Below, piece after piece: positions 10,902 through 20,330 of a stretch of 64,000 nt of DNA. Origin of the DNA: Marinicella sp. (lineage in GTDB: Bacteria; Pseudomonadota; Gammaproteobacteria; Xanthomonadales; Marinicellaceae); contig OZ246001.1 of assembly GCA_965230295.1 (NCBI GenBank), positions 2,016,001 through 2,080,000 on the forward strand, read 5' to 3'. The notes under the pieces are model-generated. The model did not search any database. It was not told the DNA's origin and saw only the letters and a list, made by a program, of their open reading frames with translations. Position numbers and translations under genes: made by a program. Position 1 is the first letter of the stretch, and each line of letters starts with the position of its first letter.

Positions 10902-13225
10902 AAAACCAAATAGTTATGAATCAATCAGAGACCAGAATGTATCTGTGGGCGGCCGGTTTTTATGCCTTGTTGGTGTTGGTTTTTTGTTTCCCTGTGTTGC
11001 AAGGTCAGATCATCACACAAACTGATTATTTGAACTTCATCAGTCCTTGGGATGCCGTTAAACCGGCTGCATTGTCGGATCCAAGCAATCCATTTTTGCA
11101 GGATCAAAGCCTTGAGTTTTTGCCGTTTTTCCTAGAAGCCAAAAGCCAGTTAACGGCAGGTATGTTTCCCCTTTGGAACCCCTATATTTTTGCCGGCAAC
11201 CCGCTGTGGGCCAACACCCAATCGGCGTTGTTGTTTCCATTGAACTTCTTTCACTACTTTTTGGACGCCCCCCTGGGGTTCACCATCAGCAGTTTATTCA
11301 AGTTGTTTTTTGGCTGTTTTTTGACCCATTTATTTGTCCGAAAGTTGAACATGGGTCATGGTCCTGCATTGTTGGCTGGTGTGGCGTTTGGATTTTGCTC
11401 CTTCACCGTGTTTTGGCTGAATCACCCACACACCAACGTCACACCAATGATTCCTTTGTGTTTCTATATGGTAGAAAGGCTGTTGGACAAAACAGACACA
11501 CGCAACATGATGTTGTATGCCTTGGTGGTGGCATTGAGTTTGATTGCAGGGCATGTTGAAATCGCCTTCTTGACGGCCGCTGCTTGTGGCATGTTTTACT
11601 TGTTGCGCCTGTGGCAGCTTAAAAGATTAAGCTGGGCACCCTTGTTTAAATTTTTCATGATTTATGTCTACGCTTTGTTGCTCAGTGCCATTTTGGTTAT
11701 TCCGTTTATTGAGTTTTTATTCAATACAGCGATCTGGTCTGAACGTGGTGATGCGGTCCTGAACAGCGTGCCAACAGCCGGACTGATCAGCCTGTTTATG
11801 AGTGATTTTTTCATCTTCGACGGTTGGGCTCCAAGAAACATTGGGTTTCATGCATTCAGTCCATACGTTGGACTGGTTACTTTACCGCTGGCCGTTTACG
11901 CTGTGTTTAAATCATTCAACAAATCATGGCCTTTGATGCTGGTGTGTTTGTTGTCAATAGCGGTGGCATTCACCGTTAACCCCTTTAATTGGCTGGTAAA
12001 GAATTTACCCTTGTTCAACCATTTGCCATTGTTTTATTTCAATGTTTTGGCGGCATTTTCCCTCAGTGTTTTGGCCGCCATTGGCTTGCAACAATGCCTC
12101 AAGCATGACAGGGATTCAAGTAGGTTGCTTGCCGTTTTGTTGGTTGTTTTGGTGTTTGTACTCACCATCAGGTTCTGGTGGAATCCGGGTGGCTTAACAC
12201 CTTATGTTTTGGATGCTGAATTGTTGCTCGAAACGGTTCGTCAAATGAGCCTGTGGGTTGCCATGACATGGTTGTTGGTGTGGTTGTTGATGTTCTTTGC
12301 CAAACAGATTCCTGCTTTTGTTTTGGTTGGGTTGTTGGTTGGTTTGGTTTATGCCGACTTGTGGCAAACAGGTCATGATTGGAATCCCGCCATTGAAGTT
12401 GAGTATGCGGTACCGAGAGACCAACCTGGAGCTCTTAAGTTTCTGGCCGACCAAACTGTTCCATTCAGAGCTGTGGGCCATGACAAAATCATGACGCCAA
12501 GTACCAACATGCTGGCTCGTGTGCATGATGTTCGAGGTTATGATGTGCCAGTGATTGACCGGTACCATCAATTTTTCAACCGGGCTTTAAAAGGCCAGGA
12601 TGCGTTCTGGTTTTATGATTTGCCCAAATATGACCCTTCCATATGGCCGTATCTTAATATTTTGAACACGCGTTTTGTGTTGACCAAAACCGTTTTGGAG
12701 GAGCCGCTGCCTGAGCACCTCAGAGTGGTTTATCAAGATGAAATTAACATCTATGAAAACGACCAAGCCATGGGTCTTGCTTTTATGCCAACAGGTGTTG
12801 AATATGTAGACAGTCCTGAAGCGGCTTTGGAACGGGTTTTGAGTTTGGAATCAAAGCTAAAAGATGTGGTGGTGATCGAACCTAAAGACTCGCGTTTTGA
12901 AAAAAACCAGTCCAGCGGTTTAACTGACAACCGGCATGAAATCACCTACCAAAACATTGCTGCAAACCAGATTGATTTACAAGTAACGAGCCAACAAGCA
13001 GCTTGGTTGGTGCTGTCACAAAGTTATTACCCTGGGTGGCATGCCTATATCGATGGTGAAGAAACTGATATATTTGCTGCCAATTTTGTCTTACAAGCCA
13101 TTAAAATACCGGCTGGGAGCCATCAAGTTGTATTTAAATACTGTCCACTCAGTTTTACTTTGGGGTGGCTGGTCAGTTTGTTCAGTTTTATTTTTGCACT
13201 ATGGAAAATCAGAAAGACAAAATAG
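10898..13225 (+). CDS. YfhO-family membrane glycosyltransferase
   Basis: FPLWNPYIFAGNP, DVRGYD, LVLSQSYYPGWHAYIDG, IPAGSHQVVFKY motifs. Confidence 0.88.
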   Translation: MKNQIVMNQSETRMYLWAAGFYALLVLVFCFPVLQGQIITQTDYLNFISPWDAVKPAALSDPSNPFLQDQSLEFLPFFLEAKSQLTAGMFPLWNPYIFAGNPLWANTQSALLFPLNFFHYFLDAPLGFTISSLFKLFFGCFLTHLFVRKLNMGHGPALLAGVAFGFCSFTVFWLNHPHTNVTPMIPLCFYMVERLLDKTDTRNMMLYALVVALSLIAGHVEIAFLTAAACGMFYLLRLWQLKRLSWAPLFKFFMIYVYALLLSAILVIPFIEFLFNTAIWSERGDAVLNSVPTAGLISLFMSDFFIFDGWAPRNIGFHAFSPYVGLVTLPLAVYAVFKSFNKSWPLMLVCLLSIAVAFTVNPFNWLVKNLPLFNHLPLFYFNVLAAFSLSVLAAIGLQQCLKHDRDSSRLLAVLLVVLVFVLTIRFWWNPGGLTPYVLDAELLLETVRQMSLWVAMTWLLVWLLMFFAKQIPAFVLVGLLVGLVYADLWQTGHDWNPAIEVEYAVPRDQPGALKFLADQTVPFRAVGHDKIMTPSTNMLARVHDVRGYDVPVIDRYHQFFNRALKGQDAFWFYDLPKYDPSIWPYLNILNTRFVLTKTVLEEPLPEHLRVVYQDEINIYENDQAMGLAFMPTGVEYVDSPEAALERVLSLESKLKDVVVIEPKDSRFEKNQSSGLTDNRHEITYQNIAANQIDLQVTSQQAAWLVLSQSYYPGWHAYIDGEETDIFAANFVLQAIKIPAGSHQVVFKYCPLSFTLGWLVSLFSFIFALWKIRKTK

Positions 13226-13956
13226 TCATCATTATGCCGGCTTACAATGCCGAAAAAACCTTGAAGGATACTTTGGATGCGATTCCTGAAGGCTGTTTCG
13301 ATGAAGTTATTTTGGTCGATGATTGCTCCAAAGATGGTACCGTTGAGCTGGCCAAATCATTAGGCATCAGTGTCTTTGAACACGAAACCAATAAAGGTTA
13401 TGGCGGCAACCAGAAGCTTTGTTATCAAGAAGCTTTGAATGCAGGCGCTGACATCATCGTGATGTTACACCCGGATAATCAGTACGATGCCAGTTTGATC
13501 CCTTTTTTCACTGGTTTTATTGAACATGGGGTTTGTGACTTCATGTTGGGTGCTCGGATCAGAACCCGTAAAGAAGCTTTGCATGGGGGTATGCCATTTT
13601 ACAAATACTTCTCAAACCGCATGTTGACCTTGATGATGAATGTCATTTTAGGCCAAAATTTGGCAGAGGGGCATTCTGGGTTCAGGGTTTATCATCGCAA
13701 AGTTCTGGAAAAAATCCCCTATGAAAACAACTCTGATGATTTTTCATTTGATGCCGAACTGATCACTCAAGCCGTCTTTCACGGTTTTAAGCTGGGTGAT
13801 GCGCCGATGCCTGTCAGGTATTTCTCAGAAGCTTCAAGCATCAGTTTCAAAGACAGCAGTATCTATGGTTTGAAAATCATCAAAACCCTATTTAAATACA
13901 TGTTAACCAAGCTCAGAATCAAAAAGTCCAAATTGTTTGATGGTAAATCTGGCTGA
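13201..13956 (+). CDS. GT2 glycosyltransferase (polyprenyl-phosphate sugar synthase-like)
   Basis: IIMPAYN, LVDDCSKD, NKGYGGNQK, MLHPDNQY, HSGFRVY; ATG at 13201 overlaps the yfhO end. Confidence 0.92.
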   Translation: MENQKDKIVIIMPAYNAEKTLKDTLDAIPEGCFDEVILVDDCSKDGTVELAKSLGISVFEHETNKGYGGNQKLCYQEALNAGADIIVMLHPDNQYDASLIPFFTGFIEHGVCDFMLGARIRTRKEALHGGMPFYKYFSNRMLTLMMNVILGQNLAEGHSGFRVYHRKVLEKIPYENNSDDFSFDAELITQAVFHGFKLGDAPMPVRYFSEASSISFKDSSIYGLKIIKTLFKYMLTKLRIKKSKLFDGKSG

Positions 13957-14059
13957 TTAAATCAGCACTGATTTAACCATTCCACAACACCTCACATTCA
14001 GAAACCGTCATTTCGCCACAGGTTAAGAAGTAGCGGATGAGTCCCAAGGACATTAAGGG

Positions 14060-14688
14060 ATGTTCTTGGGGCTTCATTCTGGTTCATGGTCTGACAGGTC
14101 TTCATATTTGCTGCGCAAATAAACCGACCTTTATAGACTATTGTCTGAGCAGTTGCTTCGCACTGCATGTCTGTTCTAGACAAAAGTGAAAACGACTGCT
14201 TACATGGATGTAAGTATGCAGCGATAGCAGGCAGGAATTGTTCCCAACAATTCTCTGCATTCACCCCGTCCTGGGGATCGATGCGGTAGCTGCCGAGGCG
14301 AATATGACTTGCTACCTCGCACGCACTGCTGCATTCAAATCGGGCTTCTTTATCTTCGATAAAACCGCCCAACTTTCATTGCCTGTGCTATAACGCCATT
14401 CACATAAGGCTTCTTGACTTCGTCAAATCGCCATATGCTCATTGGCTATTCTCTTCGCCTCTGATTGGCTTACATGGAAGTAAGTCCTCTGAGGAGGCAG
14501 GATGCCGGTATCAGAGGTGACTGCACGGATGTAGGTCTGCCGCGATAGCCAGGAGCGATAGCGGCCGCTATAACAAAAGCTCACGGCTAATCAATCATTA
14601 CATCAAGGCTTCTTTGCTTTGCAAAATCGCCATGATTGCATGATTTGCCTAACCAGCTCGACGGGTCAAGCTGCTCAGCAGCTTGACC
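14060..14688 (+). repeat. Modular palindromic repeat element, copy B (long, multiply nested form)
   Basis: Scaffold of copy A interrupted by five hairpin-rich insertions; 14226-14286 is identical to 36135-36195. Confidence 0.9.
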
Positions 14689-14724
14689 TTGTATGACTTC
14701 TTGCACTGTTTTTTTTGTAAAAAG

Positions 14725-14753
14725 TGATACAAAATGATATCATAATGATATCA
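14725..14753 (+). promoter_or_regulatory. Tandem TGATATCA operator upstream of the SPFH-Arc operon
   Basis: tgatac-aaaa-TGATATCA-taa-TGATATCA immediately before the RBS aaggag. Confidence 0.65.
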
Positions 14754-14766
14754 AAGGAGAAAAAAG

Positions 14767-15633
14767 ATGATTAGAGAAAAAAGTATCAAAGCCAAAAGTG
14801 GTATACCCATGCTGCTGTTATTTCTGGTGGTGCTGGTGTTGAATGTGGTGTTACTGATTTATGCCGGCAACAACAAAATTGTGCCATTATTGGTGTTGTG
14901 TATTGTCATGATCCCGGTGATCATCGTCATGCTGGTGGGTTTTTTCATGGTGAACCCGAATGAGTCAAAAGTATTGCAATTATTTGGTAAATATGTGGGT
15001 ACTGTGAGCGACCCTGGTTTGCGTTGGGCCAATCCATTTTATGGCAAAAAAGCGGTATCGCTCAGGGTAAGAAATTTTGAAAGCGGACAACTGAAGGTCA
15101 ATGACAGTGCCGGTAATCCCATCGAAATAGCCACCGTTGTTGTGTGGAAAGTGGTGGATACGGCTGAAGCCATCTTCGAAGTGGATGATTATGAATCTTT
15201 TGTGCACATTCAAACTGAAGCGGCCCTGCGTAATTTAGCCACGGCCCATCCTTATGAATCACACAATGATGAAAAAATCACCTTGCGATCTGACCCACAG
15301 GAAATTGCCAATTTACTGCAAAAAGAAGTGCAAGACCGTTTGGATAAAGCCGGCGTGAAAGTCATAGAAGCAAGAATATCTCATTTGGCTTATGCCCAGG
15401 AAATTGCTGCTTCCATGTTAAAAAGACAACAGGCCCAAGCGATTGTGGCGGCTCGAACCCAAATTGTTGAAGGGGCTGTTGGGATGGTGGAAATTGCTTT
15501 AGAGCAGCTCAGTGAAAAACAGATCATTGAATTAGATGATGAGCGCAAAGCAGCCATGGTCAGTAATTTGTTGGTGGTGTTGTGTGGTGAAGAAAACGCC
15601 CAACCGGTGGTGAATTCAGGCAGTTTATATTGA
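14767..15633 (+). CDS. SPFH/band 7 domain membrane protein
   Basis: Two N-terminal TM helices, [47 protein letters not shown]. Confidence 0.92.
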   Translation: MIREKSIKAKSGIPMLLLFLVVLVLNVVLLIYAGNNKIVPLLVLCIVMIPVIIVMLVGFFMVNPNESKVLQLFGKYVGTVSDPGLRWANPFYGKKAVSLRVRNFESGQLKVNDSAGNPIEIATVVVWKVVDTAEAIFEVDDYESFVHIQTEAALRNLATAHPYESHNDEKITLRSDPQEIANLLQKEVQDRLDKAGVKVIEARISHLAYAQEIAASMLKRQQAQAIVAARTQIVEGAVGMVEIALEQLSEKQIIELDDERKAAMVSNLLVVLCGEENAQPVVNSGSLY

Positions 15634-15636
15634 GCC

Positions 15637-15807
15637 ATGGCCAAAAAGAAGTCATTTCCATTAAGGGTTAATGAAGACATATTATCAGCAGTTCAGAAAT
15701 GGGCTGCTGATGATTTGCGCAGTGTCAATGCACAAATTGAGTTTGTACTCAGAGAAGCCATGCGTAAGGCAGGTCGTTTGAAAAAGGACCCAACCCAGAA
15801 AAGGTAA
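15637..15807 (+). CDS. Arc-like ribbon-helix-helix DNA-binding protein (56 aa, missing from the ORF track)
   Basis: Hand translation MAKKKSFPLRVNEDILSAVQKWAADDLRSVNAQIEFVLREAMRKAGRLKKDPTQKR; starts 3 nt after the SPFH stop. Confidence 0.88.
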   Translation: MAKKKSFPLRVNEDILSAVQKWAADDLRSVNAQIEFVLREAMRKAGRLKKDPTQKR

Positions 15808-15910
15808 ATGGAGCCATTCCATTCCTGGCCAATGTATCTCCCTTAATATTTTGTCAATGATCGTGATAGAATCATTACTACTGTAAAGAAAACAACACAT
15901 TTTGCAACTT

Positions 15911-16414
15911 ATGGATTCGAAGCTTGATCAATCGATTTACCGACAATTGAAAGTCATTGCCAATAAGTTGATGTCACAAGAAAGAAACAATCACACTTTA
16001 TCACCCACCGACTTGGTTCATGAAGCTTACATGAAAATTGATGGTTCAGGGAATCAAACCAATGATGACCAACATTATGTTTTTGTTTTGGCCAGGCAAA
16101 TGCGGCGCTTATTGGTTGATTACGGCAGACAAAAATCTGCATTAAAAAGGGGTGGTAATCAACAAAGGGTGTTGTATACCGATGCTTTGGGTATCAACAA
16201 CAACAGCATGACTGATTTTTCTGTGATCAGCGATGCCATTGAAGACCTGAACGCCATGGATGAACGGGCGGCGCAAGCCATCGATTTGTTCTATTTTACG
16301 AAAATTACCAAAGAAAAGACTGCCAGAATACTCAATGTTTCAGTCTCGACTTTAGAACGGGATTTGCGCTATGCCAAGGCCCACATCAGCCAGTACCTCA
16401 GTGAGCAAATGTAA
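15911..16414 (+). CDS. ECF sigma factor of the kinase-associated type (TIGR02999/ECF43-like)
   Basis: HTLSPTDLVHEAY, ARQMRRLLVDYGR, KRGG, VSVSTLERDLRYAKA; directly upstream of a Ser/Thr kinase. Confidence 0.9.
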   Translation: MDSKLDQSIYRQLKVIANKLMSQERNNHTLSPTDLVHEAYMKIDGSGNQTNDDQHYVFVLARQMRRLLVDYGRQKSALKRGGNQQRVLYTDALGINNNSMTDFSVISDAIEDLNAMDERAAQAIDLFYFTKITKEKTARILNVSVSTLERDLRYAKAHISQYLSEQM

Positions 16415-16416
16415 CG

Positions 16417-19143
16417 GTGACCCATCACGAAGACAACAGGGCGCGTGGCAAAATCATCAAGCAATTGTTTGACAGTTGTGTCGAATTAGATCCTACAGAA
16501 CAAACCAACTACATTCAGCAGGCAGATGTCAGTGAGGACATCAAAATCCATGTTCTGAAATTATTACAGCATGCCACCAACGAAATTGATTTGACTCAGG
16601 CAGTGGTTGAATCTGTGCAAGTCAGTTTGGCCATCAAACCGGTGGCCGCAGGTATGAACATCGGTGCTTATGAACTGATTGAGCCACTGGGAATTGGCGG
16701 GCAAGGAGAAGTGTGGCTGGCCAGTCGTACAGATGGAGTCTTCGAGCATCATGTTGCAATCAAGTTCCTAAAGCCTTTACATAACCAAAGTGACATCAAC
16801 CGATTTCAGAGTGAAAGAGAATTGTTGGCCAGTTTAAAACACCCCAACATAGCACAATTATTAGATGGGGGCGCATTAAGAGACAACAGACCTTACATGG
16901 TGTTGGAGTTGGTAGAAGGGCTGCCATTGTTAGAATACTGTAAGCAGCAAAAATTCACACTGAAACAATACTTAACCTGTTTCTTACAGATATGCGATGC
17001 CATCAGTTATGCCCATTCACATTCGGTGATTCACCGTGACATCAAACCAACCAATATTTATGTAACCAATGATGGGACAGTTAAATTATTGGATTTTGGT
17101 ATTGCCAAATATGTTGATGTAGATGATGTAAAAACCATGACATTGCCGGTGATGACTTTGGCTTATTCCAGCCCTGAGCAAGTGACAGGCGCACCTGTAT
17201 CAACAGCCACTGACATCTACTCTTTGGGTTTGTTGCTGTATGAGATGCTTACTGGGCAGCGAGCACAAGCTGTTAATTCAGATGTGCCAGCAGAATTGAT
17301 ACATGAAATCACCGACCAATCCCCGGTATTACCCAGCCAGTTGGTGCAAAAACTTGAATTTAAACGCAGCTACAACAAGAAGCATTTACAAGGTGATTTG
17401 GATAATTTGATTTTGATGGCGGTTCGAAAAGAACCTGAACGTCGTTATGCCACGGTTTCAGGCATGGTCAAAGACATCAAAAATTACTTTGATGGTAAGC
17501 CATTGATGGCGGTTGGTGAGAGCCGGGTATATGTCATCAATAAATTTTTTAAAAGAAACCCTGTCGTGACTTATTTATCAGCGGCGGTATTGGCTTTTAT
17601 GGTGGCATTGCCATTGACCTTGCTCAGTAACCAACATCAACTGACCATTGAAAGAGATAAGGCCTTGCTGGCACAACAACAGGCAGAAGAACAGTCCATC
17701 ATCGCCAACAGAACCACGGACTTTTTGATCAATATTCTGGAGTCGGCATCACCATTGGCGAACCAGGGAGAAGCGATCAATTTAGATGATGTACTGATGG
17801 CTGCAGAACGGCAGTTATCTGTTGGCTTAGATGAGCAACCGCAAATCAAAGCCACTTTGTTGAGTAAGCTAGCTGGTATTCAACACCAACTGGGAAATAC
17901 AGCACAAGCGGTAACCCACTATAAAAAGGTACTGGAACTGTATGAAAGCGTCAACAATCAGGTTGGACAAGCTTTTGTGTTGGGTCAATTAGGCATCATG
18001 TCTCACTTCAACAGTGATCAGGAAGCCACCAAACGATACAAAGAACAGGCACTTGCGTTAACTGATGTGATTGATGTTCCTCTAGACCAGGCCTGGCATC
18101 AAGCGCGCATCGCCACCATTGATGGATTTTTAGGTAACAAGGTTGAAGCAGAACAGAGGCTGTTAAGTACTCTTGAAACATTGGGTAAGCAAGGGATTGA
18201 TGATGTGGAATTGATGGGCCGAATCTACAATGAACTGTCTTTGGTTACTGAAGATTTACAACAGAGCTTGGAATATATGAACATGGCGGTTGATTTTGCT
18301 GAACGTATGCATGGAAGGATGCATCCACTTTATCAAAGCAGAAAGCAAAATAAGGCATTGAAACTTAAGAGGTTGGAACGGTATCAGGAGGCAGAATCAC
18401 TGTTGTTAGAAGTTCGTGCAGACACCCGAAAGATTTTTTCCAAAGAACATCCGGTTTATTCAAGCGCAACCGCTGAATTGGGTGCCCTGTATCATGACAA
18501 AGGAAGGTTCGGTGAAGTAGAGGTCATTTATAAAGAAGCCATTGCCATCAGTCAAAGCACGTCAGGTATCAAGAGCCTGAATTATGTCCTGCAAATCAAT
18601 AATTTGGCATTCCTTTATGAAGATATGGGGCGATACAATGCTGCTGAGCCGTTGTATCGTGAGTCGGTGGCCTTGCGCCAACAATACCATTCGGCTTCAC
18701 CCATGCGGGTTGCCAGTAGTCAAGGAAACTTGGCCCGTTTGTTGGCAAAACTGGGTAAGCACCAAGAATCTCAAGCCATTTTGGATGAGATCAGTCCCAT
18801 ATATGAAAGCCACAACCGTTCCAATCAACAGAATGAAATCACAGCAATCGCCAACATGATGGGATTAAGCCCTGGGCGTTGTGATCAAGTGATCAAACAG
18901 ATTGAAGGCATCTTACCTGCTGTCAATAACCTTTCGGCATCCAGCTGGCGCCGCATGCAGGCAGAAATGTGGTTAGGTGAGATGGCAGCCAAATGTTTGC
19001 AGCATGAATTGGCCAGCCATTTGATCAATGCTGCCAAAGAAAAATCAAAAGTTATTTACAGCGATGGCTCTGATGGGCAATCCATCATCCAAAATAAGTC
19101 CAATCAATTGTTGGCTCAATTAGGGCCAGTTAACAAGCCTTAG
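16417..19143 (+). CDS. Ser/Thr protein kinase with TM helix and TPR repeats
   Basis: GIGGQGEVW, VAIK, HRDIKPTN, DFGIAK, YSSPEQ; TPR-type NNLAFLYEDMGRYNAAEPLY. Confidence 0.93.
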   Translation: MTHHEDNRARGKIIKQLFDSCVELDPTEQTNYIQQADVSEDIKIHVLKLLQHATNEIDLTQAVVESVQVSLAIKPVAAGMNIGAYELIEPLGIGGQGEVWLASRTDGVFEHHVAIKFLKPLHNQSDINRFQSERELLASLKHPNIAQLLDGGALRDNRPYMVLELVEGLPLLEYCKQQKFTLKQYLTCFLQICDAISYAHSHSVIHRDIKPTNIYVTNDGTVKLLDFGIAKYVDVDDVKTMTLPVMTLAYSSPEQVTGAPVSTATDIYSLGLLLYEMLTGQRAQAVNSDVPAELIHEITDQSPVLPSQLVQKLEFKRSYNKKHLQGDLDNLILMAVRKEPERRYATVSGMVKDIKNYFDGKPLMAVGESRVYVINKFFKRNPVVTYLSAAVLAFMVALPLTLLSNQHQLTIERDKALLAQQQAEEQSIIANRTTDFLINILESASPLANQGEAINLDDVLMAAERQLSVGLDEQPQIKATLLSKLAGIQHQLGNTAQAVTHYKKVLELYESVNNQVGQAFVLGQLGIMSHFNSDQEATKRYKEQALALTDVIDVPLDQAWHQARIATIDGFLGNKVEAEQRLLSTLETLGKQGIDDVELMGRIYNELSLVTEDLQQSLEYMNMAVDFAERMHGRMHPLYQSRKQNKALKLKRLERYQEAESLLLEVRADTRKIFSKEHPVYSSATAELGALYHDKGRFGEVEVIYKEAIAISQSTSGIKSLNYVLQINNLAFLYEDMGRYNAAEPLYRESVALRQQYHSASPMRVASSQGNLARLLAKLGKHQESQAILDEISPIYESHNRSNQQNEITAIANMMGLSPGRCDQVIKQIEGILPAVNNLSASSWRRMQAEMWLGEMAAKCLQHELASHLINAAKEKSKVIYSDGSDGQSIIQNKSNQLLAQLGPVNKP

Positions 19144-19156
19144 AGTATATAAACAT

Positions 19157-19348
19157 TCATTGATCTTCAGCCACAACGTTGATCTCGGCCACCTCGGCAT
19201 CTACAGTGATCACATGAAAAATCAGTGGACGGCAACAAACATAACAATCTTCAACATATGCTTGTTCTGCCACTGAGCAATCAACCACAGTTTCGAATGA
19301 TTCCCAGCAACAAGGGCACTGAATTTTGGTGGTTTCTAATCCATTCAT
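19157..19348 (-). CDS. CPXCG-motif cysteine-rich small protein
   Basis: QCPCCWES...YVEDCYVCCRP. Confidence 0.85.
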   Translation of the reverse strand: MNGLETTKIQCPCCWESFETVVDCSVAEQAYVEDCYVCCRPLIFHVITVDAEVAEINVVAEDQ

Positions 19349-19567
19349 ACTTGTATTGAACCAACAAAATGCGCATGGATAAAGCCCCGAGATAAAAAAA
19401 ATCAAAAAGATTGATGGTTTTTGGTGTCAATTACGCTTTATAGGTTAATGATGCAGACTGTCTTGTAATATCTCTTAATGCTTGGTCTGTTTTCATTGGG
19501 CAGTTGAAAAGCTGCCAACCCTGTGAGTTCTGGCTAATTGGGAATTTAGCGCAGTTACCACAATTAA

Positions 19568-19617
19568 ACGGCTCGTTGGCACTTGGGGGAAGGTGTTAAA
19601 ACGAGCCGTATTTTTTT
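19568..19617 (+). terminator. Rho-independent terminator on the + strand of an intergenic region
   Basis: acggctcgtt/aacgagccgt stem followed by a T7 run. Confidence 0.7.
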
Positions 19618-19676
19618 GTTTGATATGAAAGTTGTTTTGTTCATCTTATCAGTTTCATATCTGCCATTCGGTCACC

Positions 19677-20177
19677 CTAGGCGACCTTCGCCACCAAGGG
19701 TCTGAGTGTTTTGCCGGTTTCAACACATGCTTTTAATGAGGCCATGGTTTGTTCCAATGAGGACTTCAGTTTGCGGCGCATGATCAAACCATGTAATGCC
19801 TTACCCAAAAGCCCAAAACGGATGTCGTAGCCCAAAGTCACTGTTAATTCAGTGGTGTTTTGGTCTGTCGGTTTGAGCCACCAACTGCTCAAGCCATTGA
19901 TCAGTGGTCCCACAGGTGTGACATCATACACATACCCTTGGCCTTCATCCCATCGTGTGATGTATTCTTCTATTTGGCCAAAATCTGCGAGCTCACAATA
20001 TCGGCCGGCCCCCACTTGCTGTCTTTTTGTTCCCAATGCGTGGGAAGCTTTGACGCCCGGTGCCCAGGTATAAACGTTGTTAAAATCTGCAATCACTTGC
20101 CAAACTTCAGCTTGTTGTGCCTGGATGACAATGGAAGTTTGCTGTTGATGTGGTCGTTCTATCATTGGTGCAATCAT
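19677..20177 (-). CDS. SRPBCC (polyketide cyclase/START-like) family protein
   Basis: VWQVIADFNNVYTWAPGV, GAGRYC, EYITRWDEG; SD taggaga before ATG 20177. Confidence 0.85.
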   Translation of the reverse strand: MIAPMIERPHQQQTSIVIQAQQAEVWQVIADFNNVYTWAPGVKASHALGTKRQQVGAGRYCELADFGQIEEYITRWDEGQGYVYDVTPVGPLINGLSSWWLKPTDQNTTELTVTLGYDIRFGLLGKALHGLIMRRKLKSSLEQTMASLKACVETGKTLRPLVAKVA

Positions 20178-20330
20178 GTTAGATCTCCTAAATGGTTTGT
20201 GGATCAATCCATTATAGGTATCAAACCGGTGCCATATAATTGGTAAAAAATGCAAAGATTTGGTGCATTAATCATCCGTTATGATTATCTTTAGGATAAT
20301 TTATGCTTATTGTTTTTTATGATTAATGCC

